DNA of 64,000 nt from Paecilomyces variotii (taxonomy: Eukaryota). Every line of letters begins with the position of its first letter. The stretch's first letter is position 1. Positions 35,883-48,233 of this stretch are shown piece by piece. Below the pieces are notes generated by a model. That model saw only the letters and a list, made by a program, of their open reading frames with translations. It made no database searches and was not told the origin of the DNA. The position numbers and the translations under genes were made by a program. The stretch lies in NCBI GenBank assembly GCA_004022145.1, contig RCNU01000005.1; one strand, 5' to 3'.

Positions 35883-37997
35883 TCACAGGTTCCAACCATC
35901 AATATCAGACACAGAATTGAATACCGCACAATTTGGAAAGCAGGAGTCTAGGTCCCAGAGAGTCCCATCTCCAAAAGCTATATTGAAGGTACCTTCGCCG
36001 GTATTTTCACAGTGTAGGTTAGGAGCGTCTGGATGTGTTAAACCTTCATGCGCGCCCTTGGCTGGTAGAGAACGATGGACATCAAGTGCTTTCTCCCTGA
36101 GCTTGCGAAGTACGTTCCATTTCCGGCCATGGTTTGGCCAGTCTGGAGCCTCAGTTGAGTCAAATGACTTATTCACTACATCCCATGCCCTCTCGGTTCC
36201 AGGGGCTTCTGGCCGAACACAAAGGTGCCACAGGATATAGGTAAGCATATGATACTGCGGGAAACTTGAGAAGAGCCAAAAGAAGTTACTCAAGAGCTCA
36301 TCTGTCTTCATTTCTAGACCAACTACCGCGGTATCGCATGCCAATGAAAGCGTTTGTTCACAAGCAGCTTGAGCCGCAGAGTCGTCCCAGCTGAGGCCTT
36401 TCAGTTTTTGCCGGCGGATGAAGACTTCGACTTTTCCAATCTGCACACGGGCTAATAGTATCGCCGATCTCTGTATAGGGATGTTTGGGTCGCAGTACTG
36501 CAGATATTTGCTTTCTATGCTTGTTTTCACCTCATCCAGAATCTGTTCCAGGCTGGTCGCTCTGTCACTGTTATTGAGCCCCACTGCAGACAGTCTAGAG
36601 ATCTGCCCAATGGCTTTGTTCATCTCAGCTGTTACGAGAAACTTCGTCATCTCCGTCCACTTTGCTTTTGATACTGGTGCAGTTTCCATGTCTGGATATA
36701 AGTCACTATCATCCACGTTGGCTGGGAGTTTCGTATCAGAGAAGCTGTCAAGCCCTCCGGTCAAGATCCCATGGTCTTCTGCAACTCGAGCGTCAGTACT
36801 GATGATCTGCCACCATAGCCGACGGCGCATTTCACATTCAAACGGAGATAGCTTGAAATGCTCTCCATCGCGATGAAGGCCGATTGATTGTGCTGCCCTG
36901 ATTAGAAGCCCGTTCAGAGTCCAGCCAGAGCGACCACCACTAATGTTTCGGCGACACGTCTGATAATAGTATCAATGAGCTATATCCTAAAATGGCGGGT
37001 ATTGCAAATATGTATTTACCTGGTATATAGACATCGCTTGTAGAGATCTTATCGTAGGTAAATCCAGGAATGATGCCATGTGCAGGGATACTTCCAGACC
37101 CCTCTGGTATGTTTGGAGCGCTGATTGTCGATCATGGCCGACAATGATGTGTGTCTCAGGGGAACCTAGGCTCGTCACAGCTGCAAAGTAGATAGAGAAT
37201 AAAAGTGCAGTTACGTCTGGAGGGGCATGTTTGATATCATTTATGGCAGCAAAGATGACTGGTTCTAGCGTTGGGATGTGAAGAACCTTTATGAGAGGGT
37301 CGACATTATTCCGGTAAGACTGCCATAACAGCATTGCTTGCCGACGAGAGGGTAAGAAAGACGAGACATCATGTGCCGACTGCAGTGGGTTTGAAATCAA
37401 GCCATCGAATCCCATTATGGTCGATCTGCTCTCGGGAGTAGTACCACTAGGTGTGTCGATGGCCGACTGGAGTTCGCTTTCCTGTGAGACATGATTCAGT
37501 CTGTGGTGTTCCCGAAATGTGTGTTTCCCTTGATCATGTCTACTAACTTTTTCCAAGACACTTGAAAATAACATCTCATTTATATACCGAGTGGAAGCAC
37601 CGTCTTTCAGTAAAAGCCCCTCCTGGGGACTCGCTTTTGGGGATGCATCCAGCCTAGGCCTGGAGGAAGGTCCGGACACAGATTTTGACCCAGAGATGAT
37701 ATCATGGTCGTAGTCTGTACTCTGAGAACTTTGCTTGGGGATTTTGGCTATCAGTCGTTCTAGTCTCTCTAACCGAGGCGTCAAGTTGGGGTCTGCAGTG
37801 GCATGCCTCCGTGAGCGACGCTTTGTTCGCTCTGGACCCGGATAATGACATGAAAGCTTAGCTCGGAGGCATGCAGAGCATGGAACCGTCTTACTGCATC
37901 GAACCTTTCGTTCGTGGCATCGGATACATGATCGTTCCACGTTGTACCGTCTCACAAGCGGCGATCCATGCTCGGGCTGCTGTGTCTGGTGCTCCAT
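35883..37997 (-). CDS. Zn(II)2Cys6 fungal transcription factor with Fungal_trans domain; introns 37482-37547 and 36960-37019
   Basis: CIRCHERKVRCSKTVPCSACLRAKLSC binuclear cluster; NVDPLIKVLHIP, AQSIGLHRDG..EMRRRLWWQI, LPANVDDSDL. Confidence 0.92.
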
Positions 37998-38431
37998 AGG
38001 CGATTCCCCAAAACAGGCACTGCATTTGTTCAAGATAAAATCGAAATGTAAAGGTTACTCGCGCCCTAGTTTCACAAGATTGAGATAAAGGGGTCATTCG
38101 CCTCAAACAGAGAGAAAATTGGTTGTGGCCATCTCGATTGAAGGTCGTTCGCTCGGTCGTTCGGCCTTTCGGCCTTTCGCCCGCCCTGCCAGACACGTGC
38201 TGTCCTGAAGGAGTCGCCAGTCCCAAACTGCATCATGTTTTACTCGTGAAGCGCTACAGATATTTAGATACATCAAAATAGACATCGCTATCACCATGAA
38301 GGCAAATGGCCAAATGTGGTGGAATTTGCAGCATTGAAAGTGACAAACGTAGAAGGCTTGTGAGAATCAAAGGTGAAATATATATTACCAACGAGGTCAA
38401 GATGCAAGTCCTTCTAACGCCAACTAGGTAC

Positions 38432-39546
38432 TTATTGATATCCCCAAGGATTTTTCGGTATTTGAGGCTCCGTCGGTCTCATCTGAAATTCCAACATATC
38501 ATCTAACGAAACCCATCCATTCCTTCTCGTAACAATCGCCAGGTTCAACACATCTTTCCACTCGCGCCACCACGTCTCTTCTGTCTGCACGGCACATGAA
38601 CGGCCTGTGTCTTCAGCATCGATGCCCGGTGGAAGCGTCGCGTATGGCCAAACCGCACGCGCAACTTCATAACGTTTCTTCTCGAGAATCGGGGAGAAAA
38701 GCGTGGCAATGAAGCCCTCCCCCCGAGGTTGGACCGTGATCTTAGAGTACCGGACTGGGAAGGTCACAAGAACATGGTTGGTGTAGCCTGTCGCAGCAAC
38801 GAGACTGCGGATTTGGCCTTCTATATAACTGGTATCCCAGTTTGTAATATGACGTTCCAGTGTGAATCTGTTCCGACATGTCAGTATATGTCTCCACACA
38901 TGAGCTTAGTATGTGAAGATACAAATGTATCCCATATTTTTTAAGAGAAGGGAAGGGGAGCAGATCCATACGTTTTCAGCGATGATTTCTCTGCACAGAA
39001 CCTCTTTGCCCAATCCTCGATCCCATTCTTCGTATTTGGTGTTGTCGTCTGCGTATTCTTCCCACGGAAAGCCAATTGGCCATCCTCCACCAATTTCAGA
39101 TAGTTCCACCCTGTCGACGACCTCGTGGGTAGGAAGTACCTTAACATGTTAATCCTGACATCGAAATCAGGCTGGCTTGTCCCTGGAGGAATGCCCACGA
39201 TGCGAATGTATGGTAATGGAGGTAGAGCTGCCTGTTCTCTTATGAACTGCGCCAGGGCCGTCGCATCTGAACAAAGAGGCCGATAGTTCGTGGTTATTGT
39301 GCCATCTTTGGATACAGTACACTCGGGGATTTGGTATTTCGAGTAATCAAGATTGGGAAGCGACGGAATATTGCTCAGGCAGCGGATTGATCGCTGCTGG
39401 TTGCCACTGGGACTGGGCCGCGCGGCTACAGGACTGGAGTACGGGGGTGGCTCCTGATGAGCAATACTGTTATTGTCTTCGAGAGTTTCGTGCTGGTGAG
39501 TTTGCGATACAGAAGTATCGATTGCTTTTGATATTCTCTTAGCCAT
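38432..39546 (-). CDS. Fungal hypothetical protein with an N-terminal PPPY motif; intron 38868-38971
   Basis: Two long ORFs joined in frame by GTATGG..ACAG (SSLKT|FTLERHITNWD); first ATG at 39546; protein-like composition; no domain recognised. Confidence 0.7.
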
Positions 39547-40863
39547 GGATCCTGGATAGCCCGACGGAGTAATCACAGTGCGCGGTAAGCTGTTTTCGTC
39601 CAAGCTGGAAAGGCAGAACGTCGGAGTGTGACAGGGTAGTCTATCATCAATATTTCTATACTTCTTGATGCTGCTCTCAGCCAATGCGGGGTTAGATTGT
39701 ATGTCTGCCTAGATAGCTGATAAATTTGCTGAGACATCCAATTTTTAATAGTCCATTGACGGGCGGTGCTCAGCCAACGATGCAACCCAAGCTTCTTCCT
39801 AGCGTCCAAGCCACACTGAGCGCGTATACCGCGCATGAGGATTATTGTAACGTATGAAGGAGGATTCTTCAGGCCAATGATCGGGGTGACACAGCCACAC
39901 AGAGCCCTAGCTAACTAACTAATTGCATGAGGGCAATGATCTAATCAATCAGTTCCCGACGGAAAGGTTACTGGAGAGCTTTGCCAAAGTCTAGGAACGA
40001 GGATATCGTTTTGGATCTGTCTTTCGAACTGCTAGTAACGAACGGAAGGGTGTTTATATTTGAAAGCACGCAACTAAAGTTGACCAGGGGACAGTCGATA
40101 AGCTCTACCCACGTATACGCTGAACAACTGTCTCAGCATCTACAGACTTCGTACCTCCCTGTCACATCCAGAAATACAACTGGCTCACGATCACGAAAAC
40201 CCTCAAGCCATCTGAAATACATAATGATCAGTGTCGACACCACAACGTGCCATGCCTGATGAGAGAAAGAAGCAATGTGCAAGCACAGAACACAGTCAGT
40301 TGGGAAAGGAAATGCCTGCACGGTAATAAAAATTCGCAGATTGCGTCCTCCGGACATGTCTCGCTTGCCCCAACTTCGACTTGTTTTTGATCTAGCGGCG
40401 GTCATTTAGCTTCAGGCTGTTCCGCTTCCCCCAATAGACGGACTGTTGCTGATCGCGTTCAAATGGTATTGAGTGTCGTCGAGAAGCGACCAAGTGCTTT
40501 GTGGCTCGTCCACCTGGTTAAAGGAATTTGAGTCTTCTAAGTGATATCGTTTCCATAACTCTTTCAACAGCATAAGCCTTGCCACATATCTGATAGCCAC
40601 TGCTGCTCAAAGGAGTTTGCTATGGCATGTTTAGGCACTTCCCTTTTCCTTCAGCCGAAATTACTGACTTACACTCCCACTATTGAAGAGTTGCAAGCAG
40701 TCTTGCGCACCAGTGCGGAGCTATCACTGAGATCCTGACTCGAGGACGTCAAATGACTCGACCGGCCAGAACAGATCCCCGAAAATGCAGCTGAGTGGTT
40801 GATGATCACCTCAAGCAGTTTCACCATGCTATTGATAGAAACAGAGAAGAGAAGTCGTCAACC

Positions 40864-43800
40864 TCAATCATAGTTTCCCCCGACCTGACTGGCGAAAGCC
40901 GTCGACACACTGCGGGCATCATCGTCGTCATGAATGTGGCCTGGGACGCCACGAGTAACGCGAATGCTGGCGGTACTGCCGCCGAAAATGCTTCCATTAT
41001 CGTTGACCCCCGTCTTGTAAGGCTCGCGCCCTCCAGATTCGACGTAGCGCTTCAGTCTATCGGACTGGCTTAAACTAGTCTGCTTGTTCATGTCGTTGAT
41101 ACTGAGACCGGCAAGGCTGACACCTCCTTGCTTCCCATCAATGATACTTCCAGTCACGTCCGACTCCGTGGCAGCGACAGATTCTCCTGCGATACTTGGC
41201 GCACCTTTAACCCTGGCACCGTTGGGGCGCCGAGCTCCAGGAAGTGATGGCCACGCCTCAGCGAAGTTCTGGAACATGGGAGGATAACCCGAAGGCAGAC
41301 CGACGCCACCAAGCGCGGAGGAGTGAACAGAAGAGACATCATCAGGGATGTAACCGACCACAGATCCAGAATCGTGATACTCATTACGGTGACCATTCCT
41401 TCCATTGATCATTCCACTGGCCATGCTGGAAGCGTGGTTATATGCCATTTGGAAACGCTGCGGGCCCCTGTATGCCTGCTTAGGGCGACTGAATTGGACA
41501 AGGGACTCCTGAAGGTTGGACAAAGGTCCCTCAACAAGACAGTGTCGTTCCTTGAAGTGGAGCAGTAGGTAGTTCCACAAGGGATGCTTGGACAAAACTT
41601 TGGGATTTCCTAGGATGACAAGACCATACTTGGCTCTTGTCAAAGCGACGTTGAGACGACGCGGGTCACTGAGGAAACCGATGCCCTGGTGGTCGTTGGA
41701 ACGAACACAAGAAAGGACAATGAAATCTTTCTCTCGTCCCTGAAAAGCGTCCACGGATGCTACTTCGATCTCCTTGTAATGTTCCTTCTTGAATGTTCCC
41801 GTCGCTTGCATAGAACTGACAACATAGCTTCGCTGGCCTTCGTAAGGTGTAATGATGCCGATATCCTTTGGCTGCACGCCTGCCTTGAAAAATCGGGTAA
41901 CGATCTTCTCAACATTCGCGGCCTCCGTACGGTTGAGATAAGAAGTTCCGGACGCAGAGATCTCCTCATTTCCAAGGTTGGACCAGAACATCATCGGATT
42001 ATCGACGACAGGCCAAGGGAAGTCGACATCGCGGCGGAGACGCTGGGCCATAGAGACGCCGTTCTGGAGAGAGCCTTCATAGAACATGTTTGACGGAAAT
42101 TCAGACAGACAAGGATGCATACGGTACTGCACGTTCAAGCGGATCGGGGAGCAGCCCAGAATGACAAGGCGCTCGAACAGCGATTGATTGAGTCCAGCCT
42201 TGGCAGCCTTCTTGTTCATAATCACAGGGCCCAGCTGCTGATGGTCTCCAACGAGGACAACTTGCTTGCAGCCTAAAACAAGCGGAATCATACACTCAGG
42301 CTCTGCAGACTGAGTCGACTCATCAATCAGGACCGTCCTGAATTTGAATTTAGCAAGACGCGGGTCACCTGCACCAACGCAGGTACAGCAGATGACGTCT
42401 GCGTTTGTGAGGATTTCTCGTTCAGCAGCGCGCGTAAGCTGCTTGAATTTCTTCTCATCTTGACTGGACAGCTCTCCTAACTCCGCCTTCAGCTGGTTAA
42501 GTTTCACGAGTTCAATGTTGCTGTCATTCATCCGGACTTGCTCGTGTAGCGAGAGGAATCCAACTGGAGACTCTACATCCTCACGAGATTTCGCAGTCAC
42601 ACGTACGGTCTTAAGGCCAGTCCTATGGATACGCTCACAGAGCTGGTCGACAGCAACGTTCGAAGGAGCGCAGACAAGGACCTGGCCACCGTTTATCTTT
42701 GCGAGATGATAAATGATCGTAGCCGACGTGACCGTCTTTCCTGTTCCAGGTGGACCCTGAATAAGACTCAGGGGTTTCTGCAGAACGCTCTTAACCGCAT
42801 TGATCTGACTACCGTTGAGCTCTGGAAGGCCAGGAACGCTGAATTTCTTAGGCATCTGCGTCTTCATTGGAGCGGCCGCGACCTCATGTCCAAGCAGGCG
42901 ATGGAAGATATAACCGGAAACACTCATCTCGTCGACTGCGAACGTCTTCATAGCTAGTTGCATTCGGTCGAAAGATGTCGCCTTCCACACATAGTCCGCG
43001 GTGAAGTTGTGGGTACATTCGGTAGGCACTGACTTGTGATCCCCTTTAGAACGCAACTCAATGGTGACTTCATCCGACTGATTGTTGGGTATTTTGATAA
43101 CATATCCGACTCCCTCCCACTTGGGACGTAGATCGCCAGTGTACTTGAGTCGCATCTCGTCACCAACAGCCAACTTAACGTCGCCAAGCTCAAGCTTTGG
43201 AAGAACAAAGCTAGCAAGATGCTTGTTGTTGAGTCCAAGATCCCATCGGACAACCAAACCGTCTTGTGACTGCGATTCCTTCAGCTTGCGATCATAGTCC
43301 GCCTCGATCTTGACAAGAGGACCAAAGACATTCTGATATTGAAAAGCGTCATCATAGCGTAGTAACACTGGTGCTGGCTCATCATCCACACCAGTTTGTT
43401 TTTCAAGGTCTGCCACCGTAGCAGAAGAATTATCCTTCCACATTTCTTCCAACTTCGCGATCATCTGGGGACTCAGGTGTCGAGCTCGTAGTTGCTCCTG
43501 ATCAGAAGGGGCAGCAACAAGCCACGGAAGAAACGAGCGATCCTCGATAAGGGGTTGCCAGCGTGAGGTATCCCAGTTCATATCTTTCGACGAAGGCATT
43601 GCAGCGCACGGCTGTCGGCACAATAGGACGACGACTGTATCCGACTTGGCCGGAATGAAACCCAAGAGAAAGACATTCTTCGTCCCGCAGTTGTAGCATT
43701 CGAGGATAGTGTCACCAAGAGATGAATCAGGGTGCAGTTGCACCTCCTTGTGGCGTGCGCGCACTAGGTGGTTAACGATATGCGATGAAGAGGTGTTTCC

Positions 43801-44213
43801 ACGCGCGCTGCAGAACCATTTACTGCAAGAAAGGCACTTGACGACGCTGCTTGAGTTGTGTATTCCGCAATACCTAGATAATCGGTGTCAGCGAATCTGT
43901 TGCCACCAGCTGTCTGAACTAAGAATGTCAAAACTTACGCGCAAGCGTGAGGAGGAAGCTCCTTCTCTTCTTCAGCCTTGGCCTTGCTCTTCTTTTCCCC
44001 TCCAGCAGGCACGCTTGCCATGCTTTCCAAGTCGTCATCATCATCATATCCGTCTGATCCATCATCCTCATCATCGTGTCTTCTCCGGCGAGGCGCGCCT
44101 GTCATATTCAGGGTATTCTCGTCATAGTCGATCGTAGACATATCGTCGCCAGCATTAATCGTAGGTCCAGAATCAGAAACGAGATGGTTTCCCATGTGAG
44201 TAAAAGCCTCCAT
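40864..44213 (-). CDS. upf1: Nonsense-mediated decay RNA helicase UPF1/NAM7; intron 43874-43938
   Basis: CH domain [41 protein letters not shown]; Walker [47 protein letters not shown]. Confidence 0.98.
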
Positions 44214-44831
44214 TATTGTAAGGCTCCGCCCCTAGGGGCCAACGAGACTTTAGAACTGAATGGCAGAGTTGTCTGCTGTAGCAATCGCAAAACGTGACGC
44301 AAATGATATACTCCACTGGAGCATTCACGTACGACCAGTGAAACCGAACCAGCAAGAATCGACAATTTCCAGGACGGAAAAGAATGAAAAGCACTAGCAG
44401 TTGCTAGGAATCCGTTTACTTTGAGAAAGACGACGTTTCGTCAAGCAAAAGAACGCCAGTGTGCGGAAGCGGGGATCAGAAATAAGAAGCTAAGCTCGAC
44501 CACAGCTCAATCTGTATCTCGCCCTGCAAACTTCCTGCTGCAGGAGTAGAACAGCTAGCTGACCTCGACCTTTGTCGGAAATCTCCGCCGTCACCACTGA
44601 CAAAAGAGTGTGAAGATATTAAGCAGTTGGGATGTTTCGACGAGAAAGGGTCTCGACGGTCTCCGCAAAGTTAGTGGTGGCTGCATTCTGCCGTTCTGGC
44701 TCCGGAGCGGCGAAAATGCCACAACGGAGACCTCTTGGCGCCAAAGACGCAGTGCTTATCAGAAAAAAAAGTTGCCCGCCTCCGGTCAACCTGTGTATAG
44801 ATTCAGAACAGCGCTCTCAGCTACCGTCAAC

Positions 44832-45791
44832 ATGTTGGTAAGGATAAACTCATCATTTTATACGTTTCTACAAATAAGATAATGGCTAACATGATTTTAG
44901 CGCCGTCAAGCTCGCGAACGCCGCGACTATATCTACCGTAGAGCTTTGCTACTCCGCGATGCCTCCATTGCGGAAAAGAGAGCGCAACTTAAAGCTTCCC
45001 TGGCATCAGGAAAACCGCTAAATTCGTCAATCGCCAATGATAAGAAGCTTCGGGAGGATTTCAAATATGATGAGTCTCTGGATTCTACCAAGGAAAAGGA
45101 TGCAGATCTTCTGGACATAGACGATGAATACGCACTCACCTCCGGCGTCATCGACCCTCGACCTCTAGTCACCACCTCTCGATCGCCTTCAGCACGACTC
45201 AGCACCTTCGCAAAGGAGATCCGCTTGCTTCTTCCGACTTCCATTCGACTCAATCGTGGTAACCTGATTCTACCGGACATGGTCTCCAGTGCCAATGCCG
45301 CAGCCTTGACAGATATGGTCCTCTTGCACGAACATCGTGGTACACCAACAGCCATGACAGTGTCGCATCTCCCTCACGGACCAACTGCCAGTTTTTCACT
45401 TCACAATGTTGTTTTGCGCGCGGACATTCCCAATGCGGCGCGTGGAACAGTGTCGGAGAGTTACCCGCATCTGATCTTTGAAGGGTTCAAGACGAAACTA
45501 GGAAAGCGCGTTGTCCAGATCTTGAAACATCTATTTCCTCCACGAGAAGGTGGTGGCAAGCTTGGAAACAGGGTGGTTACTTTCGTGAACAAAGAGGACA
45601 GCATTGAGGTGCGACACCATGTCTTTGTAAAGACCAGCTATCGTGACGTCGAACTGGCTGAAGTTGGGCCGCGTATGACGATGAGATTATTCGAGATCCG
45701 TGGAGGTACATTGGAGAAGGGCTCAACTGGTGATGTTGAATGGGCTCTCACTCAGTACACGAGGACCAGCCGAAAGAAGGATTATCTATGA
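44832..45791 (+). CDS. imp4: U3 snoRNP / SSU processome Brix-domain protein Imp4; 6-nt first coding exon, intron 44838-44900
   Basis: ML|RRQARERRDYIYRRA, DDEY, TTSRSPSARL, HEHRGTP, HLPHGPTA, EVRHH, sigma70-like ELAEVGPRMTM; intron GTAAGG..GCTAAC..TAG. Confidence 0.96.
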
Positions 45792-46302
45792 ACGAGGGTT
45801 CAAGACGGAGAGCAAGGAAAATGGGACAACATCTTATACCTTTCAGCATCTGGGGGGCAAAAAGTTCGGCGTACATGGTGTTCGGATAAAGTTCAAAAGA
45901 GAGAATATGTACACATTCATCACGGTGGGCGAGTCTATTTTCACTATATCCTTTTCCTGGGGATCGACCTAGGTAGTTTATGATTTAATAAATGGAACCA
46001 GAATCAGGGTCGTGGTTGGCCTTATTGAATGATGACGGCGCATGCAAAAACAATATGAGGCTGCTGTAATATATCGAAAAGCCGACGGTTCGGATCAAGA
46101 GCATTTAGAAAACTCAGATACGAGAGATTAATATAGACTGGCGATTTTTGATTCCCGGTTATGTGATCCGAATCTAAACGAAGCAATAACATTATGATGA
46201 GAACCTTCTGAACTAAGCGGTTTAGACCCCCAGATCCCCTTGTCCAAGTGCGAGCAGGACCCCAATCACCCGATGAACGCCACAATCGTCGATACTGCAA
46301 CC

Positions 46303-47727
46303 TCATTCTTCGCCCGCCTCAGTGATGGACTCCATCTCCTCCTCAGGGCAAGAGCCCTCCTCGTCAACATCGCCCTGGTTGCTATCATCCGAAAGAGCTA
46401 TATTGTCGTACTCTTCCTTTGGGTCTTCAGGGATGTTTACTGGCAAAGCAGGACTTGGTTCTTCCGTTCGATCCTCAGACTGGTCATCCTCCCCCTTTGA
46501 ACACGGCGCACTTGACGCAGCAACAGCGATCTCTGTCTGCATGAGCAAGCTCGCAAGGAGACCCTTAGGCAACTCATGACGGAACCACCCCTCGTCAGGC
46601 GGAAGAACATTTCCTTCATGATCCTTCTTAGCCTCAGGTAGTTTACCATCGAACCTCTCATCCCAACTTTTCCCGGTCTTTATCTTAAAGAACTTTTTGT
46701 ACGCTGTCATAGCTACATCGAAACTGCTTCCTCGCGGAGCCACAAGCTCCGTGCCTGATTTGCCGACACGACTGTATTTGACATAGGTCGCGTATACGTG
46801 TGGTTCTGCATTTGATTCATAAAGCTGGAGCTGTTTAGCATATGGTCTCTCGATGGGGACAATGAGATAATGGTGCTGGGCGAGTATCGGGGCCTCGAAG
46901 ATCATATGAGGATGAAATAAGGACCATGATCATCAATTGAGGTCTTTTGATAACAGAACAAAAAAAAATCGGGAAACCTACTTTGAGTTGATATTTTTCA
47001 TTACGACCAGTCACAGACGTTGGTCGGACAAGCGTCGCACAGTATGTAACACCAGTTTCCTTGTCTGCGCACAAATGATAGCCCGCTGGTGATGTGATAC
47101 CATTACTGTTAGCGTACTAATATTGCATCTGCATGTACAACTATAAACACATACCTCTTGCCATATCATCAATAACTGCACGAGATCCCTTCCGGGTTTT
47201 CTCGAGTGACTTTGCTATAGTTATATCATGGTTAATAGATCGAAACCCCAGCTAGCCAGTAGTATACATACCTGCACTGCCATTACGCCTCTTCGTAGAC
47301 TTTCCCTTCTTATCAGCCTTCGTAGCTTTCTTCTTCGTCTTTCTACCCAGTAACTTCTCCCAGAGATAAGGACCCTCGCGCTTCGGTCTACGGGTCTTGG
47401 ACATCAATGAGTCCTCTAGCCAATCGTACGAGACGATCTTCACATGCTTCATCCGTTTCGCAGCTTGAACTGTTGGGATACGTTAACTTAACAGTCCTGA
47501 ATACATATATATATATGCCTTCGGAAAATGGGAAAAACAGTGATAAACATACCAGGTTCAACGTTCCGCTTAAATGCAGATTCAGTAGTGATTAAATGAG
47601 TAATGTCTGGATTCATCTCTTTCGAATACGTGCCACCGTTTGCACGCAGCCACTGGGGTATCTTCTCGCTGTTTTCTCCGAAGTTGCCTGCACAGCAGGC
47701 GTTGACTTTTTGGAACGACTTTCCCAT
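46303..47727 (-). CDS. BRCT plus WGR-like domain protein with an acidic tail; four introns (47470-47552, 47215-47271, ~47086-47154, ~46825/46831-46982)
   Basis: BRCT: IPQWLRANGGTYS..ITHLIT..VKIVSYDWLEDSL. WGR-like: KYQLKLYESNAEPHVYATYVKYSRVGKSG..YKKFFKIKTGKSWDER. Confidence 0.8.
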
Positions 47728-48233
47728 TTTGGATTTAAGTGAGGTTGCGTGTTTTGTATGTGTGGTTTAGAGTGGTGTTCGGGCGTTTGGGTTGATGTAA
47801 TGGAGTTGATGTTGAGGTAGAGATACGAAGAACTGAAAGGGTAAGTGAGGGTTGAACATCAGAGATATTGCAGTGGAGTAGTGCAGTTATTGAGAAACTG
47901 AGAAAGTCTGAGTATCGGAGGTGAGCAGAGTGAGATGTTCATGCTAGTGAGGATGAGACTGTTTTAAGATCTTGGATTGGGGGAACTTATAGATCCAGGA
48001 GAAGTCTAAGTCCAGGATCGGTTACTTTTAAAGCAGCCCTGAGAGAAGAACACAAAAGGATATGTTGATACTGCGAGGCGAGGAAGAAAGCTTGCAACCT
48101 AAAAGATCTGGGGCTAATTATGTAGATAACTCAGTGGGGTTTCATTCTCATTGTTCCCAATAGGGGGACGACAGATAGAAGTGTCGCCCCATTCAGAAGC
48201 ATAATACACATAATCATGAAATTACATGATCAA

